Under the pieces are notes generated by a model that was given only the letters and a program-made list of their open reading frames with translations, did no database searches and had not been told where the DNA came from. The position numbers and the translations under genes were made by a program. A DNA stretch of 64,000 bases from assembly GCA_038888155.1 (NCBI GenBank), contig JAWAJB010000001.1:96001-160000 (forward strand), given 5' to 3'. Position 1 is the stretch's first letter. Each line of letters starts with the position of its first letter. Shown here one piece after another: positions 10,467-20,742 of this stretch. This stretch comes from Desulfurococcaceae archaeon (lineage in GTDB: Archaea > Thermoproteota > Thermoprotei_A > Sulfolobales > Desulfurococcaceae).

Positions 10467-12974
10467 ATTACGTTAAATAGAGAATCGAAGTTTGTTTTAT
10501 GGCTCGACGAAGTGAGAAAAGAGGATTCATTAATTGTTGGGGGCAAGAACGCAAACCTAGGCGAAATGATTGCAGCAGGAATTCCAGTGCCACCTGGCTT
10601 TGCCGTAACGGCTTACGCTTTTAAGTACTTTCTCGAGAAAACGGGGCTGAGTTCGAAAATACATGAAATGTTGAGAGAACTTGATGTAAATAATACCAAG
10701 CAATTAGAGGAGACTACGCATAAAATTCGAGAAATGATCCTATCTGAGAAGATACCGGACGAGATCTCGAATGAAATAATAAAATATTGCCGAGAATTAG
10801 CCGAGAAACTCGATATCGAACTAGATAGATTACGCGTAGCAGTAAGGAGCAGCGCGACGGCTGAGGATCTACCGGAGGCGAGTTTTGCCGGCCAACAAGA
10901 AACTTATCTCAATGTGTCCGGCGTCGAAAACGTAATATTACACGTTAAAAAGTGCTGGGCAAGTTTATTTACAGCAAGAGCTACCTTTTATAGGACTGCT
11001 CACGGCATTCCACACGAGAGAACCTATATGAGCGTAACTGTGCAGAAAATGGTCAACAGTAGGGCATCTGGAGTAATGTTCACCCTCCACCCCGTTACAG
11101 GGGATGAGAATTTAATTGTCATTGAGGGTAGCTGGGGTCTTGGCGAATCGGTAGTTGGAGGCAAAGTTACTCCCGATGAGTATGTCGTGGATAGATCTAC
11201 CATGAATGTGCTGGAGAGGAAAATAAATAGAAAAACTTATATGATCACTTTTGATTTCGCGCTTAATAAGAATATTTACCTTAAATGGGACGAGAACAGA
11301 GGCTGGATTAACGAAGAAGGTATTCCGGTAAAGCATCCTCTAGCAGACATCGCTAGGCCCGATAAACCTGCATTATCCGATGAGGAAGTAAAGAAACTTG
11401 CAGAGCTTGGAGAACTAATTTACAGACATTATAGAAGGCATATGGACATAGAGTGGGCAGTTGACCTAGATCTATCATATCCGCATAATATATTTATTGT
11501 GCAGGCTAGACCCGAGACTGTATGGAGTGTTAAAAAGGCAAAGGAAGTAGAGAGAAAGTCAGGCGAAATAGCAGTTACTATAGGCAAGAAAACTGTTGCA
11601 CTTTCCGAAGCTAGAGTAATCTCTAAAGGATTGCCTGCAAGCCCTGGCGTTGTAGCCGGTGTGGCGAGGGTTATTTTAAACCCCAAGAGCAAAGAGGCTC
11701 AGGAGTTTGAACTTGGGGACATATTAATTACGAAGATGACCGACCCTGACTGGGTACCATTAATGAAGAAAGCTGCAGCTATTGTAACGGACGAAGGCGG
11801 CATGACAAGCCATGCAGCTATTGTAAGTAGGGAACTGGGTATACCATGTGTTGTTGGTACAGGAAATGCAACTAAATCCATTCAACCTGGTACAGAAATC
11901 ACTGTTGATGGGGGACGGGGCATTATTTATGAGGGGGTGGTAGAGGACCTTATAAAGCCCAAATCTATGCAGCCAATTTCATCAGCCGGTGCTACTATAT
12001 CTGTTGGAGTTGCCCCGGAGCAATTGTGGTCTTTATACCCAGTAACGGCCACAAAAATATATATGAACCTCGGCGAACCAGAGGCTATCGACAAATATAA
12101 AAATCTACCATTTGATGGTATTGGGCTCATGAGAATCGAGTTCATATTTACTGACTGGATTGGATACCACCCAATGTATCTAATAAAAAGGGGCGAACAG
12201 GATTTCTTCATAAACAGATTGGCAGAGGGCGTTGCAAAGGTCGCTCAAGCAATATACCCCAGACCAATAATTGTTCGGTTTAGCGACTTTAGGACTAACG
12301 AGTTCAGAGGGCTTAGAGGGGGAGAGGAGTTCGAGCCTGATGAAAGAAATCCCATGATCGGTTGGAGGGGGGTTTCAAGGTATATACACCCAAATTATGA
12401 GCCTGGCTTTAGGCTCGAACTGAAGGCTATAAAGAAAGCTAGAGAGGAGTTTGGGCTCAGTAATGTATGGGTAATGCTGCCTTTTGTTAGAACAACCTGG
12501 GAAGTGGAGAGTGCTCTCAAAATTATGGCCGAAGAGGGATTGCGAAGAAGTAGGGACTTCAAAATTTGGATAATGGCCGAGGTGCCAAGCGTTGCGCTCC
12601 TCGCCGAAGAGTTCGCTAAGCTCGTAGACGGCTTCAGTATTGGGAGCAACGACCTGACTCAGTTGGTTATTGGAGCGGATAGAGACAGCAACATTCTAGC
12701 TGAAATGGGCTATTTTGATGAGAGAGATCCAGCTGTGCTCGCCGCCATTAAAATGATAATCAGGGGGGCTCACAAAAGAGGTGCTACTGTCAGCATATGC
12801 GGTCAAGCTCCCAGCGTTTACCCAGAGATCGTCGAGTTCTTAGTTCGAGAAGGCATTGACAGTATAAGCGTGAACCCAGATGCAGTAATATCAACGAGGA
12901 GGCTCGTCGCAAGCACCGAAAGAAAAATAATGCTCGAGAAACTTGAAAAATGGAGAAGAGTCTCAAGAAAGTAA
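10467..12974 (+). CDS. ppsA: Phosphoenolpyruvate synthase (start proposed at ATT 10467; ORF track gives GTG 10512)
   Basis: [45 protein letters not shown] (phospho-His), [17 protein letters not shown]. The in-frame FVLWLDE lies upstream of the GTG. Confidence 0.95.
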   Translation: MTLNRESKFVLWLDEVRKEDSLIVGGKNANLGEMIAAGIPVPPGFAVTAYAFKYFLEKTGLSSKIHEMLRELDVNNTKQLEETTHKIREMILSEKIPDEISNEIIKYCRELAEKLDIELDRLRVAVRSSATAEDLPEASFAGQQETYLNVSGVENVILHVKKCWASLFTARATFYRTAHGIPHERTYMSVTVQKMVNSRASGVMFTLHPVTGDENLIVIEGSWGLGESVVGGKVTPDEYVVDRSTMNVLERKINRKTYMITFDFALNKNIYLKWDENRGWINEEGIPVKHPLADIARPDKPALSDEEVKKLAELGELIYRHYRRHMDIEWAVDLDLSYPHNIFIVQARPETVWSVKKAKEVERKSGEIAVTIGKKTVALSEARVISKGLPASPGVVAGVARVILNPKSKEAQEFELGDILITKMTDPDWVPLMKKAAAIVTDEGGMTSHAAIVSRELGIPCVVGTGNATKSIQPGTEITVDGGRGIIYEGVVEDLIKPKSMQPISSAGATISVGVAPEQLWSLYPVTATKIYMNLGEPEAIDKYKNLPFDGIGLMRIEFIFTDWIGYHPMYLIKRGEQDFFINRLAEGVAKVAQAIYPRPIIVRFSDFRTNEFRGLRGGEEFEPDERNPMIGWRGVSRYIHPNYEPGFRLELKAIKKAREEFGLSNVWVMLPFVRTTWEVESALKIMAEEGLRRSRDFKIWIMAEVPSVALLAEEFAKLVDGFSIGSNDLTQLVIGADRDSNILAEMGYFDERDPAVLAAIKMIIRGAHKRGATVSICGQAPSVYPEIVEFLVREGIDSISVNPDAVISTRRLVASTERKIMLEKLEKWRRVSRK

Positions 12975-13143
12975 ATTATTAAAGTTAAGCAGGGCTTTTT
13001 AGATTAATAAAAACTCAGCTGATATTTTTACTTCTCCCATAGCTTAATAGTCTTCAAGTACGAAAACATAGCCCTTACATTAGAGCAAAATTAATTAAGG
13101 AATATCAACGAACTAATTTTCCATGAACAGGCGGTGCTAAAAT

Positions 13144-14709
13144 GTGAAGATTGCAGGAGAAACTGTTTACGTACCAGACTTTGTTGCAATTATACAGGGA
13201 GCTGTAAGTAGGCTAATTAAAGGAGGGACAATACGCGGGAGAGTGGTAATCTACAAGGGAATAGTTCTCTTCTTGGAATCGCTGGCCTCTAAGGGACGGG
13301 TGCTCGGGTATGCGGGATTGGAGGAACTTAACGAACTGAGATCTCTTGCAGAGGAAAATTTAATTACCCTAGAATTTGTTGGAGACAAGCTACGAGTTTC
13401 CCTCAATGAACCCGAGGAAACGCTAATTAATGAAATAAATAATGCAGTGCGGGATGTAGCTATAAGTAGTGGCGGAATAGTAATAACTGGAGACGCTGTT
13501 CAATACCATGTCAGCAAAACCATGGGGATACAGGTTCTACTAGTCGAGAAAAAAGAGACAGAAACCTTGACCTTCGAAAAATTCTTTGACAACGCCACAA
13601 TGAGCGTCCACTTAAAGGAGGGAACTTTTCCTGTCGCAAAGGTTGGCAAACCGGGCGATTGGAAATATATAAAATTGGGCAACGAAGTGCTCACACGAAG
13701 CGTCGTTGAGAGGTTTGCAAATGAAATAATTGAAGAAGCAAGGAGGAGAAGAGATTCGTTCGTTGAGATTGATCGTGAGGGCTCAACAATAATTCAACTT
13801 AGCCTATATAGGATCGTGGTGACTAGGCCTCCATTAAGTGATGGATGGGAAATCACCATAGTGAGACCCGTAAGGAGACTTAAACTGGAAGATTACGAGC
13901 TACCCTCTGAACTTGTCAAGAGATTTAATGAACGAGCAGAGGGTATACTGATTGCAGGTGCCCCTGGAATGGGTAAGACCACTTTTGCTCAAGCACTAGC
14001 AGAGTATTATTCAAAAATGGGAAAAGTTGTCAAGACTGTTGAGTCCCCAAGAGACATGATACTGCCAGATGAAATAACGCAATACAGCAAACATTACGCT
14101 ACAATAGGAGAGCTCCACGACATACTTTTGCTCTCAAGACCTGATTACACCGTATTTGATGAAATGAGAACAGATGAAGACTTTAAGTTATACGCCGATC
14201 TAAGGCTTGCCGGTATAGGAATGATAGGGGTAATCCACGCCACTTCACCTATAGACGCCATCCAGAGATTTATTGGGCGCGTAGATTTGGGGATGATACC
14301 ATCAATAATAGATACCGTTGTATTCATTAAGAATGGCAGGGTTGAGAAAGTATACGAGATAAAGATGACCGTTAAGCTACCAACAGGGCTCAAGGAAGCA
14401 GATCTCTCGAGGCCCGTGGTGGAAGTGAGGGACTACCTCACAGGAGAACTAGAGTATGAGATCTACACTTTCGGTGAACAAACTGCAGTCATACCAGTAC
14501 GAAAAATACGCGAAAGTCGCCCTAAGTGGCAGGACCTCGTAGAGAAGATGCAGTCCTCTTTACCCGGCATATCCGTGAGATCAAACGGAGATGGAATATT
14601 GCTAGAGATGAGCAAAGATCAGCTTAGGACCTATAGGAAGAGGATAAGCCGTTTTAGGAGAATTTGCGAGAAGCAGGGAGCTCAGCTGAGAATTATCCTA
14701 AAGAGTTAA
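13144..14709 (+). CDS. PINA-type PIN-domain + ATPase protein (Holliday junction branch-migration ATPase family)
   Basis: N-terminal PIN-like region, TMSVHLKEG, Walker A GAPGMGKTT, ESPRD, FDEMR, GVIHAT, DLSRPVVEV. Adjacent to hjc. Confidence 0.88.
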   Translation: MKIAGETVYVPDFVAIIQGAVSRLIKGGTIRGRVVIYKGIVLFLESLASKGRVLGYAGLEELNELRSLAEENLITLEFVGDKLRVSLNEPEETLINEINNAVRDVAISSGGIVITGDAVQYHVSKTMGIQVLLVEKKETETLTFEKFFDNATMSVHLKEGTFPVAKVGKPGDWKYIKLGNEVLTRSVVERFANEIIEEARRRRDSFVEIDREGSTIIQLSLYRIVVTRPPLSDGWEITIVRPVRRLKLEDYELPSELVKRFNERAEGILIAGAPGMGKTTFAQALAEYYSKMGKVVKTVESPRDMILPDEITQYSKHYATIGELHDILLLSRPDYTVFDEMRTDEDFKLYADLRLAGIGMIGVIHATSPIDAIQRFIGRVDLGMIPSIIDTVVFIKNGRVEKVYEIKMTVKLPTGLKEADLSRPVVEVRDYLTGELEYEIYTFGEQTAVIPVRKIRESRPKWQDLVEKMQSSLPGISVRSNGDGILLEMSKDQLRTYRKRISRFRRICEKQGAQLRIILKS

Positions 14710-14718
14710 ACTCCCTAG

Positions 14719-15162
14719 TTAAGTATCAGTGTACTCTGACAACTTTCTAACCCCCTTGATTATTGACATAAATGCATCAAACTTAATGCCTTCCCTAAGA
14801 AGTTCCTTGGGTAGCCTGTACTTGCCACCGTGGGTTCTTTCTACTTTTGAAGCTGAAACAAATATCCATTCTCCTGTACCAACAACTTTCACTGCTATAT
14901 ATGATTCGCCCGAGGCCCTTTTTGCGAACTCTAGGAGTTTTTCTACTTGATAGGGCTCCAAGTAAATAGTTTTAGCTCTTTTAATAGTTTTGGCCTCGAT
15001 CACTACTACTTTTCCTTTATAAATAGCAACTATATCAGGGTACATTGTTTTCTTAGCCTTGCTCCCACTGGCGGGGGCCCTTATAACGGCCAATCCTTGA
15101 TCCCAGATTTTCCTGACAAGATCTCTTTCGTGCGAGAAGCCTCTCGCTCTATTTGATGGCAT
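14719..15162 (-). CDS. hjc: Holliday junction resolvase Hjc
   Basis: RGFSHERDL, RAPASGS, PDIVA, IEAK and QVEKLLEF motifs. GGAGG SD before ATG 15162. Confidence 0.93.
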   Translation of the reverse strand: MPSNRARGFSHERDLVRKIWDQGLAVIRAPASGSKAKKTMYPDIVAIYKGKVVVIEAKTIKRAKTIYLEPYQVEKLLEFAKRASGESYIAVKVVGTGEWIFVSASKVERTHGGKYRLPKELLREGIKFDAFMSIIKGVRKLSEYTDT

Positions 15163-15356
15163 TATAACCTCCAAATTATTTAAAGATTGAAAACAAATTA
15201 AAGGTTAAATATTTGGTTTGTGCGCTCAAGTAAGAACATGCGAATTAATGTGGAATTGAGTTCAAAGTAATTTGTCAAATCTTTGGCTCTAATTTTACTA
15301 AAGTAATTTAATGGGAAATAGCTCAGCAAACTTTTAGTTGACTATTGGATGGGGTT

Positions 15357-15953
15357 TTATTTTTCTAAAATCCATTTACGCTCGGCTCGAAGTGCCCTCA
15401 GGGAGGTTTCTACGAAGTTTTCTTTTTGAAGCTTGTACGTTTTTATGTTTATCATATTATTCGCTACTTCTAGGGTTATAAAAGAGGGAACAAAACTTCC
15501 ACCACCTCCTCCCCAAACGCCAGTTAATGATCCTGGATTTAACAGAAGTTCATGCCCTGTTGAGCTCAGCTTAACGAAGTCTGAGTGCGTGTGTCCGGAG
15601 ATTAAAATTTCTACGTCAAGGGATTTAGCCACCTGTGTAAGCTTCGTAGGATCCCCCCTTGGAAATATACCGTCGCCGTGGTGGATGCCGAATTTAATGC
15701 CTTCGACCTCAAATGCTTGGGTTTTAGGTAGGGGGAGGTAGTCCATATTTCCTCGCACTACGTAGACTCTATCGCTTAGTTCCTGAAGCCAGGCTAAGAT
15801 ATCCCTACTAGTTAGGTCTCCAGTGAAAATGACTACTTCCCACGGCTTGCGCAGAGATATTATATCTTCTAGTCTCCTGGGTATTTTGGGGGCTCTATCC
15901 GGTATGTGGGTATCGCCTAGTACAAGCAATCTTACCATGTTTATCAACTGCAT
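15357..15953 (-). CDS. YfcE/Vps29-like metallophosphoesterase
   Basis: GDTH, TGD, RGNMD, HHG, SGHTH and NPGS calcineurin-like motifs. Confidence 0.9.
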   Translation of the reverse strand: MQLINMVRLLVLGDTHIPDRAPKIPRRLEDIISLRKPWEVVIFTGDLTSRDILAWLQELSDRVYVVRGNMDYLPLPKTQAFEVEGIKFGIHHGDGIFPRGDPTKLTQVAKSLDVEILISGHTHSDFVKLSSTGHELLLNPGSLTGVWGGGGGSFVPSFITLEVANNMINIKTYKLQKENFVETSLRALRAERKWILEK

Positions 15954-16026
15954 AAAATAATTAAACCTAAGATATACGTAAGGTGTTTACCCCGAATAAT
16001 TCACATAGAGCTTTCGTTTATAAGTA

Positions 16027-16779
16027 TTAGTAGCTCTCTATTTTCTTAGTCAATATTAGATTAAATGGAAATGGCACTAAGAGATGGATAAGCAACTTGA
16101 ATTCGCCCGATTTCAACGTGCTTATAACTTCGGGGCCCTTTTCATTTCCCGTTAAATACCCTTCTAAGATACTATCAATTGCCTTTGATTCAAGGGTCTC
16201 TGTCCACAGCGCCCTTCCATAACCATCAATGTAAATTGTTGATATCAATACTAAAAGATCCCATGCAGCATAATCTGAGTTATACTCGTTTATTGCCTGC
16301 TCTGCGTCAATGGCATATATTTTTTCATCCCTATAGATGAAATTTGTGATCTTAGAGTCCCCTAAGGCCCAGCCTGACTCATGGCATTTTCCTAGTCCAT
16401 AGCCTATTTCATAATGAATTTTAGATGGGGCTTGATAGCTGTACAACTCTCCTTTAATAAACTCTCTAACTAATGTGAGTCTTGCATAATCAACTAATAA
16501 GATCTCTGGCCTGTTAAAACAGCTATCTGCTTTTCGCATGAACGAAACCTCTCGTTTCAATCTCTCAATTGGCTCTGGTCTAAGGGGGTACTTCCTAATG
16601 GCGAAATTAGGTAACACGACCATAAACCACTTTAAAATACCAAGCTCAGATGCATAGTTTTTTATTAGATATGCGTTATTGTTAATCATCAATATTTTTG
16701 ACTGCTTGGAGATGTAATCAATAATATTTACAAGGCTCATCCTAAATGAACTATCCATAACGAATAAAACCCATCTCAA
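16027..16779 (-). CDS. Atypical (Bud32/RIO-like fold) protein kinase-family protein
   Basis: ERLKRE helix C, P-x-I-L, REFIKG hinge, H-x5-GDSKITNF catalytic loop, IDAEQA and WDL. Confidence 0.7.
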   Translation of the reverse strand: MRWVLFVMDSSFRMSLVNIIDYISKQSKILMINNNAYLIKNYASELGILKWFMVVLPNFAIRKYPLRPEPIERLKREVSFMRKADSCFNRPEILLVDYARLTLVREFIKGELYSYQAPSKIHYEIGYGLGKCHESGWALGDSKITNFIYRDEKIYAIDAEQAINEYNSDYAAWDLLVLISTIYIDGYGRALWTETLESKAIDSILEGYLTGNEKGPEVISTLKSGEFKLLIHLLVPFPFNLILTKKIESY

Positions 16780-16990
16780 TGTATATGGGAATAAAGCCTA
16801 ATAACGTTGTCCAGCAAATTTTCTTGCGATAAAGACAAACGGGATTTAAAAATTTTTACTAGTTTCATGAGATCTGCAATTTCTTATGAGAAAAAAGTCT
16901 TTGTTACATATTAACATTATCAATTATTTGCATAATAAGAGTCCTTATACCAAGATTTAAGTAAAGAAGCGTTACTCCCTATGTGGTGAA

Positions 16991-17305
16991 GTGTTGCCGA
17001 TGTCCAGTGGCGCCGATGACAGGATCACCATTAGGGGCACTATTATTGAAATTCCCCTAAAGCCAAGAAAAAGGATGATCTCCCTTAGATTAGACGAGGA
17101 TGCCCTCATAGCAATAGATAAGTTCGTGATGTCCACTGGTGAGTACTCACGAACTTTGCTGATGACCAAAATAATTGAAGCTCTAGCTGAAGGCCTAAAA
17201 AGAACGGGGTACTCTGCCGTAAGCTTAGAGTTAAAGTTTACAGTTAATTCAAACAAAGGGGAGTCGCTTAGTATAGTAATACCTCTCCGAAGGGCACGGC
17301 CCTAG
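16991..17305 (+). CDS. Ribbon-helix-helix (CopG-like) DNA-binding protein
   Basis: RMISLRLDEDALIAID...SRTLLMTKIIEAL fits the RHH pattern. GGTGA SD upstream. Confidence 0.7.
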   Translation: MLPMSSGADDRITIRGTIIEIPLKPRKRMISLRLDEDALIAIDKFVMSTGEYSRTLLMTKIIEALAEGLKRTGYSAVSLELKFTVNSNKGESLSIVIPLRRARP

Positions 17306-17682
17306 CCCGCTTTCTTCGCCTTCAGGGCGGTTAAAATCACTCTTACTATATCTGCGGGCAAGCTTATCATGTGTGCTAATTGTTCAGGCGCTATTGATTC
17401 ACCATATAAGTCGTAGTGTTGCTGAACAGCGTACAGCGGCTCAAGGTAATAAATTCTACGCCCTTCCTTGATCTTAGCTATTATCCCGAGCTTATTCAAC
17501 TTAGCAAGGTATCTCGACTCAATCGTTCTCGCTCTTCCTGTGTATTTAGCCACATCCTCAGCTGTTACACGCTTTAAAGCAATTACGGCATCTAGCGTCT
17601 TTAGAGTGGGGGGTGTTATTATGATCCCGCGCTTGACAAGGAACCTTATGTCGTATATACCGCAATAATCCTGAGTTTGCAA
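17302..17682 (-). CDS. Winged-helix transcriptional regulator
   Basis: VTAEDVAKYTGRARTIESRYLAKLNKLGII...EGRRIYY is a wHTH. A second HTH-like segment lies at the C-terminus. Confidence 0.75.
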   Translation of the reverse strand: MQTQDYCGIYDIRFLVKRGIIITPPTLKTLDAVIALKRVTAEDVAKYTGRARTIESRYLAKLNKLGIIAKIKEGRRIYYLEPLYAVQQHYDLYGESIAPEQLAHMISLPADIVRVILTALKAKKAG

Positions 17683-17945
17683 TGAGAGTCGCCTAAAACT
17701 TGTTCCTACTTGACATAATATTGATTAAAGACTAATAAACTTTAAAACTTGATTTAAACTCTAGTTAATACAATATTAAATGGACACATCTTTCTGAAGT
17801 ATTAATATTGTTAACGTTACTTATGAATATCTAGATAAAGGACAATACAGAGTTCTAATCCAAGTTAGCATCATCGCAGCTTTTAATAGTTCATCTAAGT
17901 TTAAATAAAATTGTTAGCATTTTCTTAGGCGGTGAAAGGGCATTA

Positions 17946-18563
17946 ATGATTTACTGTATTGTACTAGCAGCGGGAGAGAGCGCTCGCTTTCCTTCTAACA
18001 AGCTACTCTATATCTACCAAGATAAACCAATTATACTTCAAACGCTCTCGAACATAGTTAATTCGAGGTCAGTGCGGGATATAATAGTTGTTACTGGATA
18101 TCAACATGAAGCTATAGAGAGAATCATTAAAGGTAGTGGCATAAAGGCATATGTCGTCTACAATCCAGATTACCGAAAAGGAATGAGTTACTCCATAAAA
18201 GTGGGGGTAAATTACATCTTGGAAAAGCTTGACATGCCTTGTGGTATAATGATTAATCCAGGCGATGTTGCCTGGGTACACCCAGGGATATACACGCTCA
18301 TAGCTGGTAAGTTCCTCGAGGACCCACACGCACATTCTATTGTTGTAGCCGCCTATAGAGGAAGAAGGGGTCATCCGGTTATTTTTTCAAGTAAAGTTAT
18401 CAATGACCTACTATCAATAACGGAGGAGAAACTTGGATTAAAGGAAGTTATCAATAAATATAGGTACGACACCCTAGTAGTAGAGACTGAATACCCCGGT
18501 GTACTTTTAGATCTAGACAACCTTCTTGATTTGCTCAGAGTAAAAAATAATATCTATAAGTGA
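17946..18563 (+). CDS. MocA/MobA-like nucleotidyltransferase
   Basis: IVLAAGESARF, NKLL, NPDYRKGMSYSIKVG, PGD, GHPVIF and DLD motifs. Confidence 0.88.
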   Translation: MIYCIVLAAGESARFPSNKLLYIYQDKPIILQTLSNIVNSRSVRDIIVVTGYQHEAIERIIKGSGIKAYVVYNPDYRKGMSYSIKVGVNYILEKLDMPCGIMINPGDVAWVHPGIYTLIAGKFLEDPHAHSIVVAAYRGRRGHPVIFSSKVINDLLSITEEKLGLKEVINKYRYDTLVVETEYPGVLLDLDNLLDLLRVKNNIYK

Positions 18564-20320
18564 TATGATTGATATAAATCTTCGTGCTTAATTAGCTTAA
18601 TGGATACCTCTCCGTTTACGTAGTCAACTATGATTTCGGGTGCGCCATATATTAAGTTGTGTTTCATAGCAAGCATATCTTGGTACGAGCCCGTATCTAG
18701 GAATGCTACGTAATAATTTTCGCCTCGAGTAGGCAAGTGCAACGGAACACCGCGCAATTTCAGTTTAACACCGGGCAATAGTATGAGCTTGTTGTCCATT
18801 GTTGTAAATAGCGGAGAGTCTCCAGGCGATGTGTTTCCTGGGCTGATATATAGCGATATTTCGCCCATGCTGTCACATGTTAAGTCGCTAAGAGATGCTA
18901 AAACGCTGGGCTGTTCATCTAGCCTCTGAACGGGGACGACTTGGAAGTATTGATCTACAAGAACAGCATCAGGTATGTCAGCAAATATAGACATGTTCAG
19001 TATAAAGCGCTTAGTAGGAGTTGTAAGCACCTTGAGTATCCTTTTGTCGGCGAGGAGCTCCTCAGTATTAGTTTTGCCATTTACTAAGAGCTCTGCTATT
19101 TTTGTCGAGAGGTCTTCTCGCAATATCGCTACGAGGTTTTCGTATAACTCTCTTTTGCCATTATCAAATCCATGAGATTCAGCCCTCATTCTGCTGAGCG
19201 AGGCTTCCAAGTGATCTAGCAATTTCTTCACGTCTTCGATGTTATTTATATCCTTTGTAATCTCCTGCGAGTAAGTTGGGGTATGAACTGCAGAATAAGG
19301 CCTAACATCTATGACTTTAGCTACTACAATTCGGTGAGATGTCACTATAAATCTACCTCCCTCGTAAATTATATCGGGAGGATGCTCCATGTCCCTAAAT
19401 TGATTTATCAACTCTCTGTAGTAATCTACTATAGTGTAATCGGGTGATTCCTCATCACCATCGCGGATATCTAGGTAGGGATATCCCATTCCCCCTCCTG
19501 GGTCAATCGAGGAAATTTTCTCAAAGCCTGCGCTTTTGAGTTGATCATAAACGTTTCTTACTTCGTCGAAATAATTCTTGATATCTTTTAATTTATATAT
19601 TTGTGAACCTGGATGCATGTGAAGAAGTGTTGCCCGGTCGAGAATCCACTTGAACTCCTCCTTTAACCTAGCGATAGTGTTCGTTGTTAGCCCAAATTTT
19701 CCCCCGACTCCAATTGAACCTGACCACTTACCGTGCATTTTAACTAATGGTTTTACGCGTATACCTACTTCAAGTTGAGGGTACCTAGAAATAATCTCGG
19801 CTTCGCTCAAGCTTTCTATATCAACTATGACTCTCCATCCAATTCTATGGAGCTTCAGAAGCTCTTCTATCGCATTGTCGGTTACCACGCCATCGTACAC
19901 GAGGGTTCTGGGGGAGTATTTGACGGCGATTCCCTGTAAGAGTCTTACCTCTCCAATAGAACCTGCATTAAAGCCCCAGTTGTACTCTTCCCCGAACCTC
20001 ATAATAGACTCTATAACCATAGGAACGGAGTTGACTTTCATTGGAAATATTGGTGTAAAACGTCCATGAAAATTCATTGCATTGGAGACTAACTTGAATG
20101 CTTCATGAGTTATTGCCATAGATCTCTTGATCGCCGGAAGCACCCTAATGTAGGCTACATCTAGATTATGCATATCCATTATTTCCTTTAATCTGATCTT
20201 ATGTCCGTTTAGTACCAGAGCAAGGTACCCTTCATTATCAACTGCCAATATTTCTCCGCGAGCGTAGTTTTCAATCCCATATATCCTTCTACTCAAATCA
20301 ATATTCCAATTTCTATTCAT
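18554..20320 (-). CDS. speA: PLP-dependent biosynthetic arginine decarboxylase (bacterial SpeA type)
   Basis: FPMKVN (PLP Lys), KFGL, HMHPGSQI, DPGGGMG, EGGRF, NMSIFADIPD, DLTCDSMG and GSYQDML..HNL parallel the SpeA motifs. 588 aa. Confidence 0.85.
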   Translation of the reverse strand: MNRNWNIDLSRRIYGIENYARGEILAVDNEGYLALVLNGHKIRLKEIMDMHNLDVAYIRVLPAIKRSMAITHEAFKLVSNAMNFHGRFTPIFPMKVNSVPMVIESIMRFGEEYNWGFNAGSIGEVRLLQGIAVKYSPRTLVYDGVVTDNAIEELLKLHRIGWRVIVDIESLSEAEIISRYPQLEVGIRVKPLVKMHGKWSGSIGVGGKFGLTTNTIARLKEEFKWILDRATLLHMHPGSQIYKLKDIKNYFDEVRNVYDQLKSAGFEKISSIDPGGGMGYPYLDIRDGDEESPDYTIVDYYRELINQFRDMEHPPDIIYEGGRFIVTSHRIVVAKVIDVRPYSAVHTPTYSQEITKDINNIEDVKKLLDHLEASLSRMRAESHGFDNGKRELYENLVAILREDLSTKIAELLVNGKTNTEELLADKRILKVLTTPTKRFILNMSIFADIPDAVLVDQYFQVVPVQRLDEQPSVLASLSDLTCDSMGEISLYISPGNTSPGDSPLFTTMDNKLILLPGVKLKLRGVPLHLPTRGENYYVAFLDTGSYQDMLAMKHNLIYGAPEIIVDYVNGEVSIKLIKHEDLYQSYHL

Positions 20321-20635
20321 TTCCTTTTTGGCCCTAGTTATTGCATGTTTTTCACTTAGTATTAAATAGTTTAAAAGGATTATTTCTATCGGATTTAAAC
20401 TGATTTAATAGTTCTTGTTTCGCCAAAGCAATAGTGCCCATAAGTTTTCACTCATGTAGGCTTTAAGTGGTTATCCCCGATTTCAGTCCTGCATATTAAT
20501 GCCCAGCAAGGTTTTTCCGGGTTTTTTAGGGAGATAGTACAACTAAACTCCCGCACTTTGTCCATTATTCTCGCTTTACTAAATTTTTAGTTAGACTGGT
20601 TGAAAACGAGATATGCCTTGCTGTTTGCGAGAGCG

Positions 20636-20690
20636 GGGTCAATCGGTCCGTGATTCGGTCACCGCTCGGCTAGGGGGTTGTCTTCATCCC
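20636..20690 (-). ncRNA. Putative C/D box sRNA (degenerate boxes)
   Basis: Minus strand reads GGG-ATGAAGA(C)-11 nt-CCGA(D')-GCG-GTGACCGA(C'-like)-12 nt-TTGA(D)-CCCC. It is a GC-rich island in an AT-rich gap, with a TTAATA box about 25 nt upstream. Confidence 0.5.
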
Positions 20691-20742
20691 TTTATTAAAT
20701 TTTCTTTTTCGGGGTATTAATAATTAAAACCTGAAAATGTGA

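Noticed and set aside
3081-12974. Inteins in LeuRS or PpsA
   Set aside because: Lengths are normal for the families, and no intein or LAGLIDADG motifs were seen.
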